A DNA stretch of 64,000 nt from Laetmonice hystrix (GCA_965235115.1 OZ249436.1:39000001-39064000); one strand, 5' to 3'. Shown: positions 1-13,312, numbered from the stretch's first letter. Translations and numbers: made by a program. Notes: generated by a model from the letters alone, not told the origin.

Positions 1-460
1 ACCTCCGATTACCGACGCTCACATTGGCCGTCCGTATGCGAGGCGTAGGTTACAGGTACTTGTGTCAATTTCCTTCAATTAACCTGCAACATCGTGGAGG
101 CGCACTTGCATCAGGCCAGGTTGTGGAAGGAATAAACAAACACTGCACTCCAGTTGCCTTGGGCAGGAAGAATTACCGCTCTAATACGCTTTTCATTTGG
201 ACGGGACGGGTCGTTAAGTCCGCTGCTGAGGTTTGGCCGGTCCTCCGAGAATTTCCCAAATGATGAAAATGACCATAATGTTATTAAGCGCCGTTCGGGG
301 GAAGAGGGGGTTGTGGGGGTTGATCTAAGTGTGCCAATAACCTCAAGAGCCGGTAATGAAGCTGTCCAGTGATGGAAATGGTGCCACGCGGTCAACGGCC
401 AGGGGCAGGGGGCAGGGGGCAGGGGGCAGGGATTTCACATCGACTTACTCATGCAACGAC

Positions 461-660
461 TCTGTCTCTCTCTGTCTCATTCTGTCTCTGTCTGTGCGTC
501 TCTCTCCCCCTCTCTCTCCCTCTCTCTCATTGTCTTCCTCCCTGTCTCCTACTCTCTCTCTCTATCTCTTCATCTTTCTCTCCCTCTCTCTCATTGTCTG
601 TATACTTGTTTCCCTCCTGCCCCTCTGCCCTTATGCACCTCTCTCTTTCTCTTTCTCTCA
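461..660. repeat. CT-rich low-complexity/degenerate (CT)n microsatellite
   Basis: Near-continuous polypyrimidine tract; it explains the Leu/Ser-rich ORFs over this region. Confidence 0.9.
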
Positions 661-2610
661 AAGGCCTCGCCATAGGGCCGCAGGAGGCACCGCCACAGAC
701 ATTGGCGGTCGAGGAACCACCCTTGAAGTCACTCTCCTTTGAATAAGTTCTCGGCGACCAGCGCCATCTAACCACGACTCTGGCCGTCCTGTGTGAGTGA
801 AGGTCTCATTGAAGGCGGATAACTATCATGCACGATCAAGCCTGAACTGATAGCCAGCAAGACCTCCCACCCACCCCAGAATTGAGGGTCACTAATCAAG
901 GCATTGATTTCCCCAAACATGCGGCCTTTGTGACCCCGCGCTTACAGCGAGGGCGCAAGGAGATCGCCTGATTTAGGAGCATTGAAGGCAAAGGCCGGAT
1001 TCTTATCGAAGACTCAAGGGGGTGTGATAGCAATCCAGCTAGTTGAGATGACCTCTCTGTGTGCGAGTCTATTAGACAATGGACATTCCCAATGAAAGAC
1101 CGGGGAAATGTCTGGCTGGATCCGCATATCCGTATAGGAAGTATTGTGTTGATGTAAACATTGCATCGAGCTCCAAACACTTTTATAACGACAAAGGATA
1201 TTCTTGAAAATTGGAAATTGTATTTTGAAAATGAAAACTGTACATGTGATGCATCATTAGACAGGCCTAATGGCATATAACTGGTAAACCTTCAATCTGA
1301 AAAGTCCACGAACCAATAGACATATTTACTTGATGTAAGTGCCATGTAGGACTTTCTTGTATTAAGTTACTAGAACAAAAATCGCCCTTGATGCTTGATG
1401 GAACTCCTCATCAAGCGCTACATGCATCTACCAACAGTCCTCCCAGCGGCTTGAATGAGGAACCGCGCCAAAACGCCTCGCGACAACCCGGCGCTTTCTA
1501 ATGATAACAACCGCTTCCCCGGCCTGCTTTGGCGCCTCACTTAGAGGATCGTAGCCTAATACCAGGGTCTCCCAGCTTCTTCACGATTCACAGCTCGCTA
1601 TCTCTGCCTAATCGGGTCGTCACAATGGCCTTACGGGCCCGAGTCTATCTGCCGTGAAGCGCCGCGATAGCGACTGGCGGTGGCGCCAAGATTTCCGATC
1701 ACTGGAGCTATCTTTGAGCCAGAGTGGTTACGCTGCGCGCACCCTGCATTTATCATTGCCGTTCGTCCGTGCACAAAAAGCGCGTGTTGAGAGCATGGAT
1801 TTAATGGTAACGCAGCAAGTTAATTAACGCGCGAAGCTCACAGAGCTCGAGACTTATTCATTGCTTTTTGGACATTTGCCGCTCAAATTATTTTCAAACT
1901 CAGGGAAACAGGTAATCTCGAGAGGATTGCCAAGTTATTGAGTAAGGATCGATCAAGATAAGAATTGCATTTTACTGTTATGATATACGGTGAAGGGCTT
2001 GCTGTGCCAGGTTGAGAGAGACGCGCCCAAATGTTCGTTCGTCATATTACTTGATATCGCCCTACTCTCATAGCTTTATTCGACAACTCAGCTTGAGTCG
2101 TGGCGGATCCGTCAAATCCCACTGGCCCTAATCAATTAAAAGCAACCGAAGCCCCTGAGATGTGCCATAAGGCTGGACAATCCTTGGCGTTTTACCGGAT
2201 GGAAATAGGTAAACACTGCTTATGTGATACGGCCCGTCTGAGGTTTTGAGACCCGCAGCTCAGTGGGAATGGTAACCATCATATCAGAGACTTTCGCTAC
2301 ATTAGCCGAGTGGGTACCAAGCGGAGCTGAGCCTACTCGTGCACCCTTCGCTTCATCCGGTCTCCGACGACGTTTTCAGGAAAAGGTTTTTATTTTTCCG
2401 AAATCGACTGAACAACATAACTATAATTCACAACATTATATGTCCATTTATCTTGTGTCTGTGTGTCAGGAGTGGGGGCACCATTGATCACGATATAACA
2501 GCGACGTATATGTAATCAATTTGAAAGTTCTCCAAGGAAACTTATACCCGAACTGCTGTGAGTATAGACGCCATATTGCAGGCTTTCGACGACTAGTATT
2601 TTATGAATCT

Positions 2611-2611
<1 letters not shown>

Positions 2612-2656
<45 letters not shown>

Positions 2657-2677
2657 GCTCTCTCTCTCTCTCTCTCT
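2612..2677. repeat. (CT)n microsatellite
   Basis: Direct reading of the sequence. Confidence 0.95.
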
Positions 2678-5302
2678 TTACCAGGTGGCACCACGTTATG
2701 AAGCCGGTTCATTATTGGATTATAGCTGGCGACTTATATATGGCCTGCATACTATACATATATCTATAGCTAGCTTTCAGGACTATGTAAAACAGGATTC
2801 CTTATCGATTTCTAAGCATGAGCTTTGATATTGTAGCGCTGGTAGGTTTCAGCGTCCTTCAGCAATAAAGTAAGGCTATTTTAATGAATGTATTGGTATC
2901 GATTCGAAGCGTTATGACAAATATATTTCTTAAATAATTCTGTAATCCGTATACCTCACAATCCGAGCACACTTTCTGGTAACCTCTTCTATACCGTTTT
3001 CTATTTAAAATTATTCAGTAATCCGTATATTTCGCAATCCGAACACATTTTGCACCAAGCTGTTCGGATAAACTAGGTCTGACTGTATATAAATATATAA
3101 TAATAGAGTCTATAATAATATAGAAAGTTAAGACATGCAAACCTTTGCCTTCTCTGTTTCACATTATGGCGTCAGCCTGTCGGTTCCATCATTAGGTTCA
3201 TATTGTCTTGAACGTAAGGATTTAAGGTTCTTTTGGATATTGGAAAATTCCACGGTCATTAAATTCACACATGAGTGCTGTCTCTAGTGGTGCAGAAGAA
3301 ACATTCCGGCAATTGATTGGCATGAGGGATCAATAATTGGAATAAACAAGACATCTTGGAAACAAACGCAGCCAGGTAATGTAATGGCGAGTGGCCTTGC
3401 GGCAGGCACGGGGCCCTGACTCGTTCACTGCTCGCTCACGGAAGTTCTCCGACGTTTTACCATTCCGCACCAGGCGGCCGCCGTCCAGCCGTTAACTTCC
3501 ATCCCCGAAGGGAACGAAGCCGCCAAGCTTTCCCAATACGAATCTCGGCTGAGCCATTAGGTTGGATTGGCTCAAGCTTAAACACCCGGTTGGGGCAATT
3601 TTAGGCCCTATAGGCCACTCCATGCTGCCGGCTAAGCTATAAGGCGGCCGTGGGCAAGCCAAAGGCTGATACGTTAAGGTTTAAGATGATCATGCTCTCA
3701 CGCATTGTAGATTGAGGTAAGGCTTTACTTATCCAGGCGCTCCTTACGGTTGCTTGTAGCCGCGTGCGCCGCCTGCATGCGTCACGATTTGCCTGACACA
3801 GACCGCATGCGGGGGCCGTATTTGTTCTCTTTGATAGAGTACCGCACCATCCCATCCTACCGATTACTACTGTCCTATTGGTTCTGTAGGAAAGCTAGAT
3901 TAATTTGAGCGTTTGTTTGCCTTTTACCCAGACGATTACGCAGGCCAAGTGGCTATATGACAAATAACAGTATCAAAAATGATCAATTCATGTAGATACT
4001 GTATCTATTACTAAAACCGGAAGCTGGAAAAACTCCATCCACTTTCTTTCAAATGTCACTAGGTCTATACCCCCTACATACACCCAATGGTTATAGGCAT
4101 TGTAACGTATCTATTTCCCAATATGAGTTCGACACGGTAAAACTAAAGTCAGGATTGTATATTTTGCCGATTAACCAGAATTGCCATGAGGGTATATTAC
4201 AATGCTTCTAGCTGCGGAGTTGGGGCGTAAAGTTTACTGTATCTAAAATCTGAAAACAAATCTCTCATGTAAAGTTAACTTTGGCGGATAGCATTCATTG
4301 AGCTGACAAACGCATTGGCCCGGGCTCGCGTTCACTTAATAGCTACCGGGGACAAAGTGTCCACTGACAGGCCGATTGACCTCCGAGACAACATCTGACC
4401 CGGGGTCGATAAGCCTTCCCATCTCTTGCCTAGACGCGGAACGAATCTGCCACCCGGGACCAATTTGCCCACTCTGCTCTCTCCACCTACTCTCTTGGCC
4501 CTAGTTCTGGTTGCTGATAGTATCGACAGGAACAATGACGCTCGGCTGTGGTGAATGCAGGCCTCGACACTCACTGAAGGCCAACGACGACCGAGAAACA
4601 ACGGCAATGCTGTCAAGTGTTGGGAATGTGTAGAAGCGATGGTTGGAGGATCAGCGGCCGCCTGAGTTTCTCTCCCACTAAATTTGTAGTCACGATGTCG
4701 GCATGATATAGGTCTATGATACCTCTTTCTATCGTGGCACGAGACGGGAAGGGTGCGCCCCGACAGGGTTCCCCTGCTGCTGAGACAGATGGATTGTTCA
4801 TTGGATTAACCGTCGGCTTAGACCGGTATATCGATGCACGGGCATGTGTTGTAATCCCCAGATTAGGCCGGTGCCACGCCGAGGGCAGCGCGAGACTGGC
4901 CACAATAATGATCTTGAATATGATGTGTTGGGTGCTCTTCGCTTCCCTGCCAGCGCTGGGTGCTCTTCGCTTCCCTGCCAGCGCTCACTGATGGCGAGAG
5001 CTACCCCATCCCGGTCCTGAGCTGAATGATTAGCATGCGAATTTACTATACCGGAAAACGTTGATTTATTTCGGAGAAAATAGGGGTTCCAGTGGAAGTT
5101 CATTACATACAATCCGTGAACCACTGGAAGACGGGACTCTTTTATTTCCTTTCGATTCTTCAGTCAAAGATACACCCCCCCCCCCCTCCGAGGCAATAGA
5201 GAACAATTTTACCTGTCGTATCTTAGTTGGGCTTCATTCCATAAAACATTACATCATTACTACAACTGAATTCATGTTTCTTGTGGAAATGAAAGAGAAA
5301 AC

Positions 5303-6610
5303 CACATCCAACAGATGGACGAGGTCACGCTGACCTTGTGGACTCACACCAAGAACACATCCAACAGATGGACGAGGTCACGCTGACCTTGGGGACTCAC
5401 ACCAAGAACACATCCATCAGATGGACGAGGTCACGCTGACCTTGGGGACCCACACCAAGAACACATCCATCAGATGGACCAGGTCACGCTGACCTTGGGG
5501 AGTCACACCAATAAAAACACCAACAGATGGACGAGGTCACGCTGACCTTGGGGCCCACACCAAGAACACATCCAACTGATGGACGAGGTCACGCTGACCT
5601 TGGGGCCCACACCAAGAACACATCCATCAGATGGACCAGGTCACGCTGACCTTGGGGAGTCACACCAAGAACACATCCAACAGATGGACGAGGTCACGCT
5701 GACCTTGGGGCCCACACCAAGAACACATCCATCAGATGGACCAGGTCACGCTGACCTTGTGGAGTCACATCAATAAAAACACCAACAGATGGACGAGGTC
5801 ACGCTCACCCTGGGGACCCACACCAAGAACACATCCAACAGATGGACCAGGTCACGCTGACCTTGGGGAGTCACACCAAGAACACATCCATCAGATGGAC
5901 GAGGTCACGCTGACCTTGGGGACCCACACCAAGAACACATTCATCAGATGGACGAGGTCACGCTGACCTTGGGGACCCACACCAAGAACACATCCATCAG
6001 ATGGACCAGGTCACGCTGACCTTGGGGAGTCACACCAATAAAAACACCAACAGATGGACGAGGTCACGCTGACCTTGTGGAGTCACACCAAGAACACATC
6101 CAACTGATGGACGAGGTCACGCTGGCCTTGGGGACTCACACTAGGAACACATCCTGATGACGAGGTCAGCGTGACGAGGTCACGCTGACCTTGGGGACTC
6201 ACACCAATAAAAACACAAACAGATGGACGAGGTCACGCTGGCCTTGGGGACTCACACCAAGAACACATCCAATTGATGGACGAGGTCACGCTGACCTTGG
6301 GGACTCACACCAGGAACACATCCAGCCGATGGACCAGGTCACGCTGACCTTGGGGAGTCACACCGAGAACACATCCAACAGATGGACGAGGTCACGTTGA
6401 CCTTGGGGACTCACAGCAAGGACACATCCAACAGATAGACGAGGTCACGCTGACCTTGGGGACTCCCACCAGGAACAACACAAACAGATGAATGACGTCA
6501 CGCTGACCTTGGGGATTTACACCAAGAACACCACCAACAGATGGACGAGTTCATTGTGACCTCACAACAAGACCAGAACCAAAGGATGAACAAGGTCACG
6601 TTGACATCGC
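5303..6610. repeat. Minisatellite, ~53-bp unit, ~25 copies, each with an AGGTCA-nnn-TGACCT palindrome
   Basis: Unit consensus AACAGATGGACGAGGTCACGCTGACCTTGGGGACTCACACCAAGAACACATCC; period 52-54 bp; degenerates at the right edge. Confidence 0.97.
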
Positions 6611-9600
6611 TAAATTCGCTTTACATGCGAAATAGCCCGAGACAGAACGTGGACGCCACCTCATTTCCGAGCCTACAAAGTTTTGATCGTGGAATAAGGT
6701 GTAGTCAATGTAAAACAGCGGAAATAACATGTTAGTCTGCCCCCAGAATTCTTATCGATGTCTGATAGGACGATGGGTATGGATATCTGTTTTAGTACAA
6801 CCCCTGCACCGTAGGCCGCGTTATAACTCGCAGATCCCACTGGTGCATGTTATGAGTAGCTGGTATCCATGCGGCAACAAAGCAAAATTCAATGCCACTG
6901 GGGTCATCAGCTCCACTACTGCCCTCGTTTCATATCCGCAAGCTTTAATCCACCAGATCGGACCCACCGCTTTCAAATGTGAGCGACTTCTGGAAGCCGG
7001 ACTTATGAAAATCAATCTGCATTGTCCACCATTGACGTAGAGCTCCACAAACACATAAAGGACATTACGCCGCATTGCAAAACTGGGTAATATTGCCACT
7101 ACTCGGTGGGTGGTAAGGGCAAAAGTCATTCACGCCACTCGCCAATAGGCATGATTGGGCCTAGTGTGGAAATGACTTTTTTTTGCCTCATTCACCAGGC
7201 AGAACGTATATCCGACCGCCATCAACTAGCCAAATGATGTTTTGTGTAAGATCACAGATCACGTAATGGATTGTGCGGAGTTAGTTTGCAAGAGTCTCCC
7301 CTTCTCCCGGAGTAACGTGCCGTGAAACAGATACCAGCGATTCATCATTTCTCACTCCAAACCCATCTCGTATTAAAATACATGACAAAGAAAACATGCT
7401 GTTTTTATTGCCCCATTCCACCTGCAGTTTACGGATATTTCCTTCGTACACAACGAGAAGGGTAAACAGACAGCAAGACAACGGTATACTGAGCGAGGTA
7501 GATGGTCCTTGATCACTTTGAGTCAGAATAGCATTCGCTTATAAACTCGGACCAGTCTAATACAAGGTTTCACCTATGAATTCTGGTGGAAAGTTGTGTG
7601 TTGTTATTTGTCCATCGCAACCGATGAAACTTTAGGTCAATCCTATAGGCCTATATCGTATTGTGTTTAACTCCACTCATGTAAAACATGAACGTATTTA
7701 GTCGGTGTTTTCAGATTACAGGAGCGTCTTTAAAAATCAATGTGGCAAAGCTACCTCGTTTATCCATACTGCTGAAGCATTGTATTCAAATTAATATTTA
7801 GCCTATATGAGGGATAATATTTCGCAAAGGCTTCCCTTCTTTTCCACTATGGGTGGCCTACCTGAATAAAGTACAGCAAAGTATGAAAGTATGGAAGGAG
7901 GTGAAATCAGATCCCGCCCTTTGCCACTACATGTACTTCTCTTTCTCAGTCGTATTAGATGTCTATACAGTAGCATCGTAAGAGAATTTTGCCAGAGGGG
8001 GCGCTGAAGTCCGCCCAGGCCTATAGACATCTACTCTGGCCCTGCTCTGGCCCACTCATTGAGAAAACAGGCTGCTAGGCAGGGTTTCATGCAGCGGTCC
8101 TTGGATCACGGGGGGAGGGGGTCGCAGCCCTGCCCCCGGTTCGAATGCATTTCATTAGATCCATATTCCTGGCGAGGGTTGTTTACAAGACGCGCCCATG
8201 CGACGATTCATGCTCGTTGATAACTAAGGCCGCCTATATTTAGGCTTACACTCGCATTATATCTGACACATCTGACACACGCTAGGTTGAAGCAGCTTTT
8301 AAAAGTATTTTTGATCCAGGTGTGCCAAATAAATTCACTGGAGGTAGGCGTGACGCGATCACCACTAGAGGTCGTATTCCGACAGGCTGTTCAAGTGCTG
8401 CCCCCATCCGGGAAATACCTTCACTAGACTCAACTATCTTGGACAGATGTCGTCTGAAAGGGGGCTATAGGAAGTCAATTATAAGGACACCCCCTTTCAA
8501 AATACAGCGAGTGGAACAGCAAACCATACCACTGGCCTATGACATGTTATCAGTTGTAGGCCTACGACGAGGAAAGTAGGGATGAGGTAGGTCCCCTTTT
8601 GGCCACTTACCGCCGGTCCCAATCTGTAACATTAGGCCCACAATCAGAGACTCTGGTGGAGGGTCCGAGTCAATAGACCTAGGCCTAATTTCTATTCATG
8701 ACAGTTCACCCGTGGTTCCTTTACTAATAACTCATTTAACTTTTAGTACCTGAAGAATCTTTGCACATGCAGGCCTAAACCTTCCATCCATACTGCCACC
8801 CTTCCCCGTGGTCAAGGCCGGAGAAGACTTCACTAGGCCTTGGCCAGATTCCAAATAATAATTATCCCATTCATTTCCCCCGACAGAAGAAATGGTATTC
8901 TGAAAATGTACAACTGCCGAAATGGTTGAAAGAAATGTCACACCCAATTAGCGTTGATGGTGTTACTGATTAAAAAAAAATAGCACAGATTTTTAGTGAA
9001 AAGTACGACAAATTCTATAAGGGTGCGATTCCATCAAGCCGACTAGCCGACCTATAATATGACACGATTTTGTACTATCGGCTTAGTGATGGATTTACTT
9101 CTAGGCCCACAGAGCATCTGGATCATAGAATTACATCAGTTGACAGAAAGAGTATGGCGAGAGCAGCTGAGGCAACCTTCTGGCGACTCTGTTTTAAAAA
9201 CAAATTATTTATATAATACTGCTGTTCGTGGTACGGTTCTCTGTCGTCCTCCAACGCTGAGGGTTGACCCGCTTCCAGTGACCCCCCCCCCCCCCCCACG
9301 ACTGCCCGCCTATTCTCACTAGCGCGTACTTCGCAGCGCCATCTGTTTTCCACCTACTTTCAGTACCCGCAAGCACCAATCAGATTACAGCACTGCCTGA
9401 GGCGCGATTCATAAAAATTAGCGTGCATTTCTGGATAGTCTCGATCACCAGACCCTTTTTCTCGCTATAGAGGTGCTCGTCGCTCGGGAAAAGGGTCTGG
9501 ACACGAAGGTTTATCTAGGTCATACGAAGACGGCCATCTTTTCCTGTCGTAGCATTGGGAGCTGATTGGACGAGCGCGGAACTGGCTCTGGGCCCTGTTT

Positions 9601-9819
9601 CATAAACCACGACCAAAAAAGAACGATAATTCTTAAAAAATCGTAGCAGGAACGATAATCGTTACGATATATCGTCGGCTCCGTTTCATAAAGTGCATCG
9701 TTGAAGAAAATCAAAATCGTTACATATTTGAAAATCGTTCCTCGTCGACCCTGGGTAAGACAACCGGGAACCAGTTGAATGAACTGAATAGTGACGTCAG
9801 GAGGGGAATTCCGGGAATA

Positions 9820-11390
9820 CGTACCCCCTTGACACATGCTTGTTCTGCCGTATGTAGGCCTACGCACGTTCGTATGTCCGTAGACAGCGATTTCTCAGAA
9901 GTGTATGGGTCGATTTCTTTGAAACTTCACACAATGATCAGGGATGATCTGACTATGATGCACATCAAACAGATTTTTGATATCATTCAAAATGGCCGTT
10001 TGGCGGCCATCTTGGATGTAAACACATTTTCATCAATATCTCAGCCAAAACAGTCACGATTTCTTTCAAACCTGGTCCAGGGAGGAGGCATAATGATGGC
10101 CAATATGCATCGCAATACAATTTCAATTCTGATTCAAAATGGCGACATGGCGGCCATATTTGTTTCTTGACCCCCCACAATGACACTGTTTTGGCTTATA
10201 TCTCGAAAACGGTGCAAGATGACGCAATAGTTACTATTATTGATAGATAGGAAGTCATATTTGAAGTTTCATTTGGCGCCATTTTCCATGACCTTGAGCG
10301 ACCTTGAAAGGTCAATCAAGGTCATGCAGATTTTCAATAGCCTGGATCTTTAAAACAGTTGACGATAATAACATAATCTTGCATGAAACATTACATAATG
10401 ATCAGGTACAGTCCAAGGTAGAGGCAGGTCAAAGATATTTTTGACATCAGTCAAAATGGCCGCGTGATGGCCATCTTGGATATAATCACATTTGGAGCAA
10501 TAACTCAGACAAAACGATCCCGATTTCGTTCAAATTTGGTAGAAAGAAGGTGCATATGAGGGGCAATGAATATGTCAATGTATTCTCAGATCAGAGCAAA
10601 TATGGCGACATGGCGGTCACAGTAATATTTTTACTCCCCATAACACTGTTTTGGCTCGTATCTCGACAACGGTGCAAGATAAGGCAATAGTTATTATTAT
10701 TGACAGATAGGAAGTCATAATGAAGTTCCATTTGGCACCATATCCCATGACCTTGAGCGACCAATCAAGGTCATGAAGATTTTAATGGCCTGTACCTCCA
10801 AATCAGTTAAAGATAACAAGATCTAATCTTGCATGCAACATTACATAATAACCAGGGACAGTCTAAGGAGGACACAGGTCAAACATATCATTAAAAATGG
10901 CTGCTTGGTGGCCATCTTGGATATGAAAAAAATCAAAACAATAACTCTGACATTTTCTGTCCTTCTTTCTTGGTGACAGAAGGCATGAGGGGCAACAAGC
11001 GTGCCAAAAGTACACATAGTTCATGGACCCACAGATGATTAGTCCCTACTCAGTTGGTGGGCTGTGACTCTGACAGGGTCTGGTGAAATTTACTAATATT
11101 AGTAAAAATTGAGAGAGAAAATCATGAATTTCCATGAATTTAACTAACCTCTAAAGGTCAATCAAGGTCAAGCATATTTGCAATTGCCTGTATCTAGACA
11201 AAACACTTCACGTCGGATAACACTATCAAATTGTATATAACTGCATAGTTACTATAAGATGCGGACGAAGTACATACGAAGTTTCCTTTGGCAATATTTT
11301 CTTTGCCCTTTAAAGATCAATTGAAGTCGTGCATCGTTTCTTCAAGAATCCATAGTTCTTGGTGGGGGCTATAAACTTCACAAGCTTGTT
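9820..11390. mobile_element. Helentron/HINE-like non-autonomous element with ~450-bp internal tandem units
   Basis: CAAAATGGC..GGCCATCTTGGAT recurs at ~9988, ~10452 and ~10893; TGACCTTG/CAAGGTCA motifs; ends GGGGGCTATAAACTTCACAAGCTTGTT. Family assigned from architecture only. Confidence 0.55.
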
Positions 11391-11699
11391 TATGTTGGGC
11401 TGGTATGGTAAAAAAAACATAAGTAGTTGGGCGACCAAGTATTTCTGCTGAATGGAAAACACTACACCGTATAGTAGATACCTAGTTAGGGCTAGTACTA
11501 AGACTTAGTGCTTGTTATCCGGTAAATAAAGGATAAAATCATGTAGGCCTACATTGTAGGCATACTTGTCTTATGTTTTGCCCTCCACAAGAAACCCCAT
11601 GTCCCGGATGTTCCCAGTAAAGAACACAAAGAACACAAAGAGAAGAAAAAGTCATCATCTCCCAAGATAAAGCACAAGATGAGAGAGGCATGTAGTATG

Positions 11700-12193
11700 C
11701 TGGACTCCCTCAATATCCGTCACCTCCCCTACGGCCCGGCTAATGGTGGGCTTGCTAAAGTCCTAGAGGTCGCTCAGAACTCTGTAGTTGGGCCCTGTCG
11801 CGTAGAAGCACAGGGCCAAACACATCTGCAAAATGAGGAAGGGGTTATTAACATATTTTTTGGTGATAGTTTTAGGCCTACACAGCTGATATAGGCATCT
11901 TAATTACTTTAAGAGGAATTACCCTATTAAAGAAGTATACCTTACTTATTTCTAAGTAATACATTTGGGAAATTTTGAATAAATGTTAGGTTCTTTACAC
12001 AAATTCAAGCTTTGACTATATTCATGATACTACTTGGGTCGCCGGACGTTGAGCAACACGGCGAGTCTTCATATGTTCTTGAAAGGGCGATCACTGACTC
12101 CTTGTCCAGCCGATACCGTTTCCCGAATAAGTCGCCGTCAAACCTATTAATTGGGTCTATTCGCGCAAAGAACCATCTCCTTCTCCCCTCCAT
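11700..12193 (-). pseudogene. Harbinger (HARBI1-like) transposase N-terminal fragments
   Basis: RRRWFFARIDPINRFDGDLFGKRYRLDKESVIAL (12193-12090) and, after an AG acceptor, MCLALCFYATGPNYRVLSDL*DFSKPTISRAVGEV (~11825-11720). These match the RYRL and ALRFYATG..SQPTVSR motifs of Harbinger transposases; one in-frame stop. Confidence 0.8.
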
Positions 12194-13025
12194 AATTCAC
12201 GGTTGAAGTAAAATTCCGCAAATATTCACTTATTTCGCGCCTTTATATTATTCTACGACAACCCTCGGTGTGGTCGTGGCCAACGACTATTTTCGAGGAA
12301 ATAACGATTGAAAAAAAGCCAAGAACGATTTTATGAAACACTTGAGCGATTTTTCATTTGGTCGTGACAAATTTATCGTTCTTCGACAAGAACGATCTTT
12401 TATGAAACAGAATCTATCGTACATCGACAATATGATTAAATCTAAAATGTAAGATTTTTTATGAAACAGGGCCCTGGTCCCCAGCTCCAAGGCGAGTAAA
12501 CGGCAGGGTACCAGTCCCACGTTCCGTGTGCAAACACGAAGCGGAGGCATAGTGTGGACCGCGGGCGAAAAAGTCTGGCAGGTATATGATCGGAGTGTAG
12601 GCCTACCGCTGCCGGAATGTACCCCTAGTCGGAATGAAGCGGGGGTTAGCCGAAATGTAGGATACCCTAGGCTACGGCTACGACCATCACAGTTTGTAGC
12701 ACTCTGACTTGATACGGTTTAACACGTGAAAGTCCAAAGTTTAGCTCCCCTGTCATCGTCGCTTCGCGCTGGCATCCAAACATTAGGCCTACACTGGCCT
12801 GCTCGCGGCCCGGTGTCGCTAACGCTGGCGCTGGCTGTCGCTCTCGGCCTCTGGGCCGGGGACGTTCCTATTGGCGAACCAGAAATGCACGCTAATTTTT
12901 ATTAATCGCGCCTCAGGCAGTGCTTTAATCTGATTGGGCTACGGGTGAGAATAGGCGGGCAGGCGGGAGGGGGTGAATCACTGGAAGCGGTTCAACCCCG
13001 AGCGGGGGAGGATGAATAAAACAGA

Positions 13026-13026
13026 C

Positions 13027-13081
<55 letters not shown>

Positions 13082-13090
13082 GTCTCTCTG

Positions 13091-13128
<38 letters not shown>

Positions 13129-13312
13129 CTCTCTCTCCTATGAATCTCTTTCTCTCTCTCTCTATCTCTCTCTCGCTCTCTCTCTGTCTCTGTCTGTCTC
13201 TGTCTCTCTCTGTCTCTGTCTCTCTCTCTCTCTCCTCTGAATCTCTCTCTCCCTTTCTCTCTCTCTCTCTTCTCAATCTCTCTCTCCCCTCTGAATCTCT
13301 CTCTGAGACTTC
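13026..13312. repeat. (CT)n/(CTGT) compound microsatellite
   Basis: Direct reading of the sequence. Confidence 0.95.

Larger units (their letters stand above)
9591..12473 (-). mobile_element. PIF/Harbinger transposon deletion derivative
   Basis: TIRs GGCCCTGTTTCATAAA / TTTATGAAACAGGGCC with 3-bp CTG target duplication (9588-9590, 12474-12476); transposase remnants inside. Confidence 0.88.
9245..13015. mobile_element. Non-autonomous element with long inverted termini hosting nested insertions
   Basis: 9245-9433 (..CCGCTTCCAGTGA..CTGCCCGCCTATTCTCAC..GCACTGCCTGAGGCGCGATT..AAAAATTAGCGTGCATTTCTGG) is the reverse complement, with indels, of 12879-13015. Confidence 0.75.

Noticed and set aside
356..775. 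Leu/Ser-rich and Arg/Glu-rich ORFs
   Set aside because: Translations of a CT microsatellite.
4613..4903. ADIVTTNLVGEK segment faintly resembling a Polinton minor-capsid motif
   Set aside because: Short match only, with no downstream motifs or other Polinton genes nearby.
4930..4986. 28-bp tandem duplication GGGTGCTCTTCGCTTCCCTGCCAGCGCT
   Set aside because: Two copies only; ordinary slippage duplication.
5303..6610. CRISPR-like appearance (palindromic repeat at regular spacing) and repeat-encoded ORFs
   Set aside because: The intervening sequences are themselves repeated rather than unique spacers, there are no cas genes, and the context is eukaryotic. The 53-bp period shifts frame and hits stops, so a protein product is unlikely.
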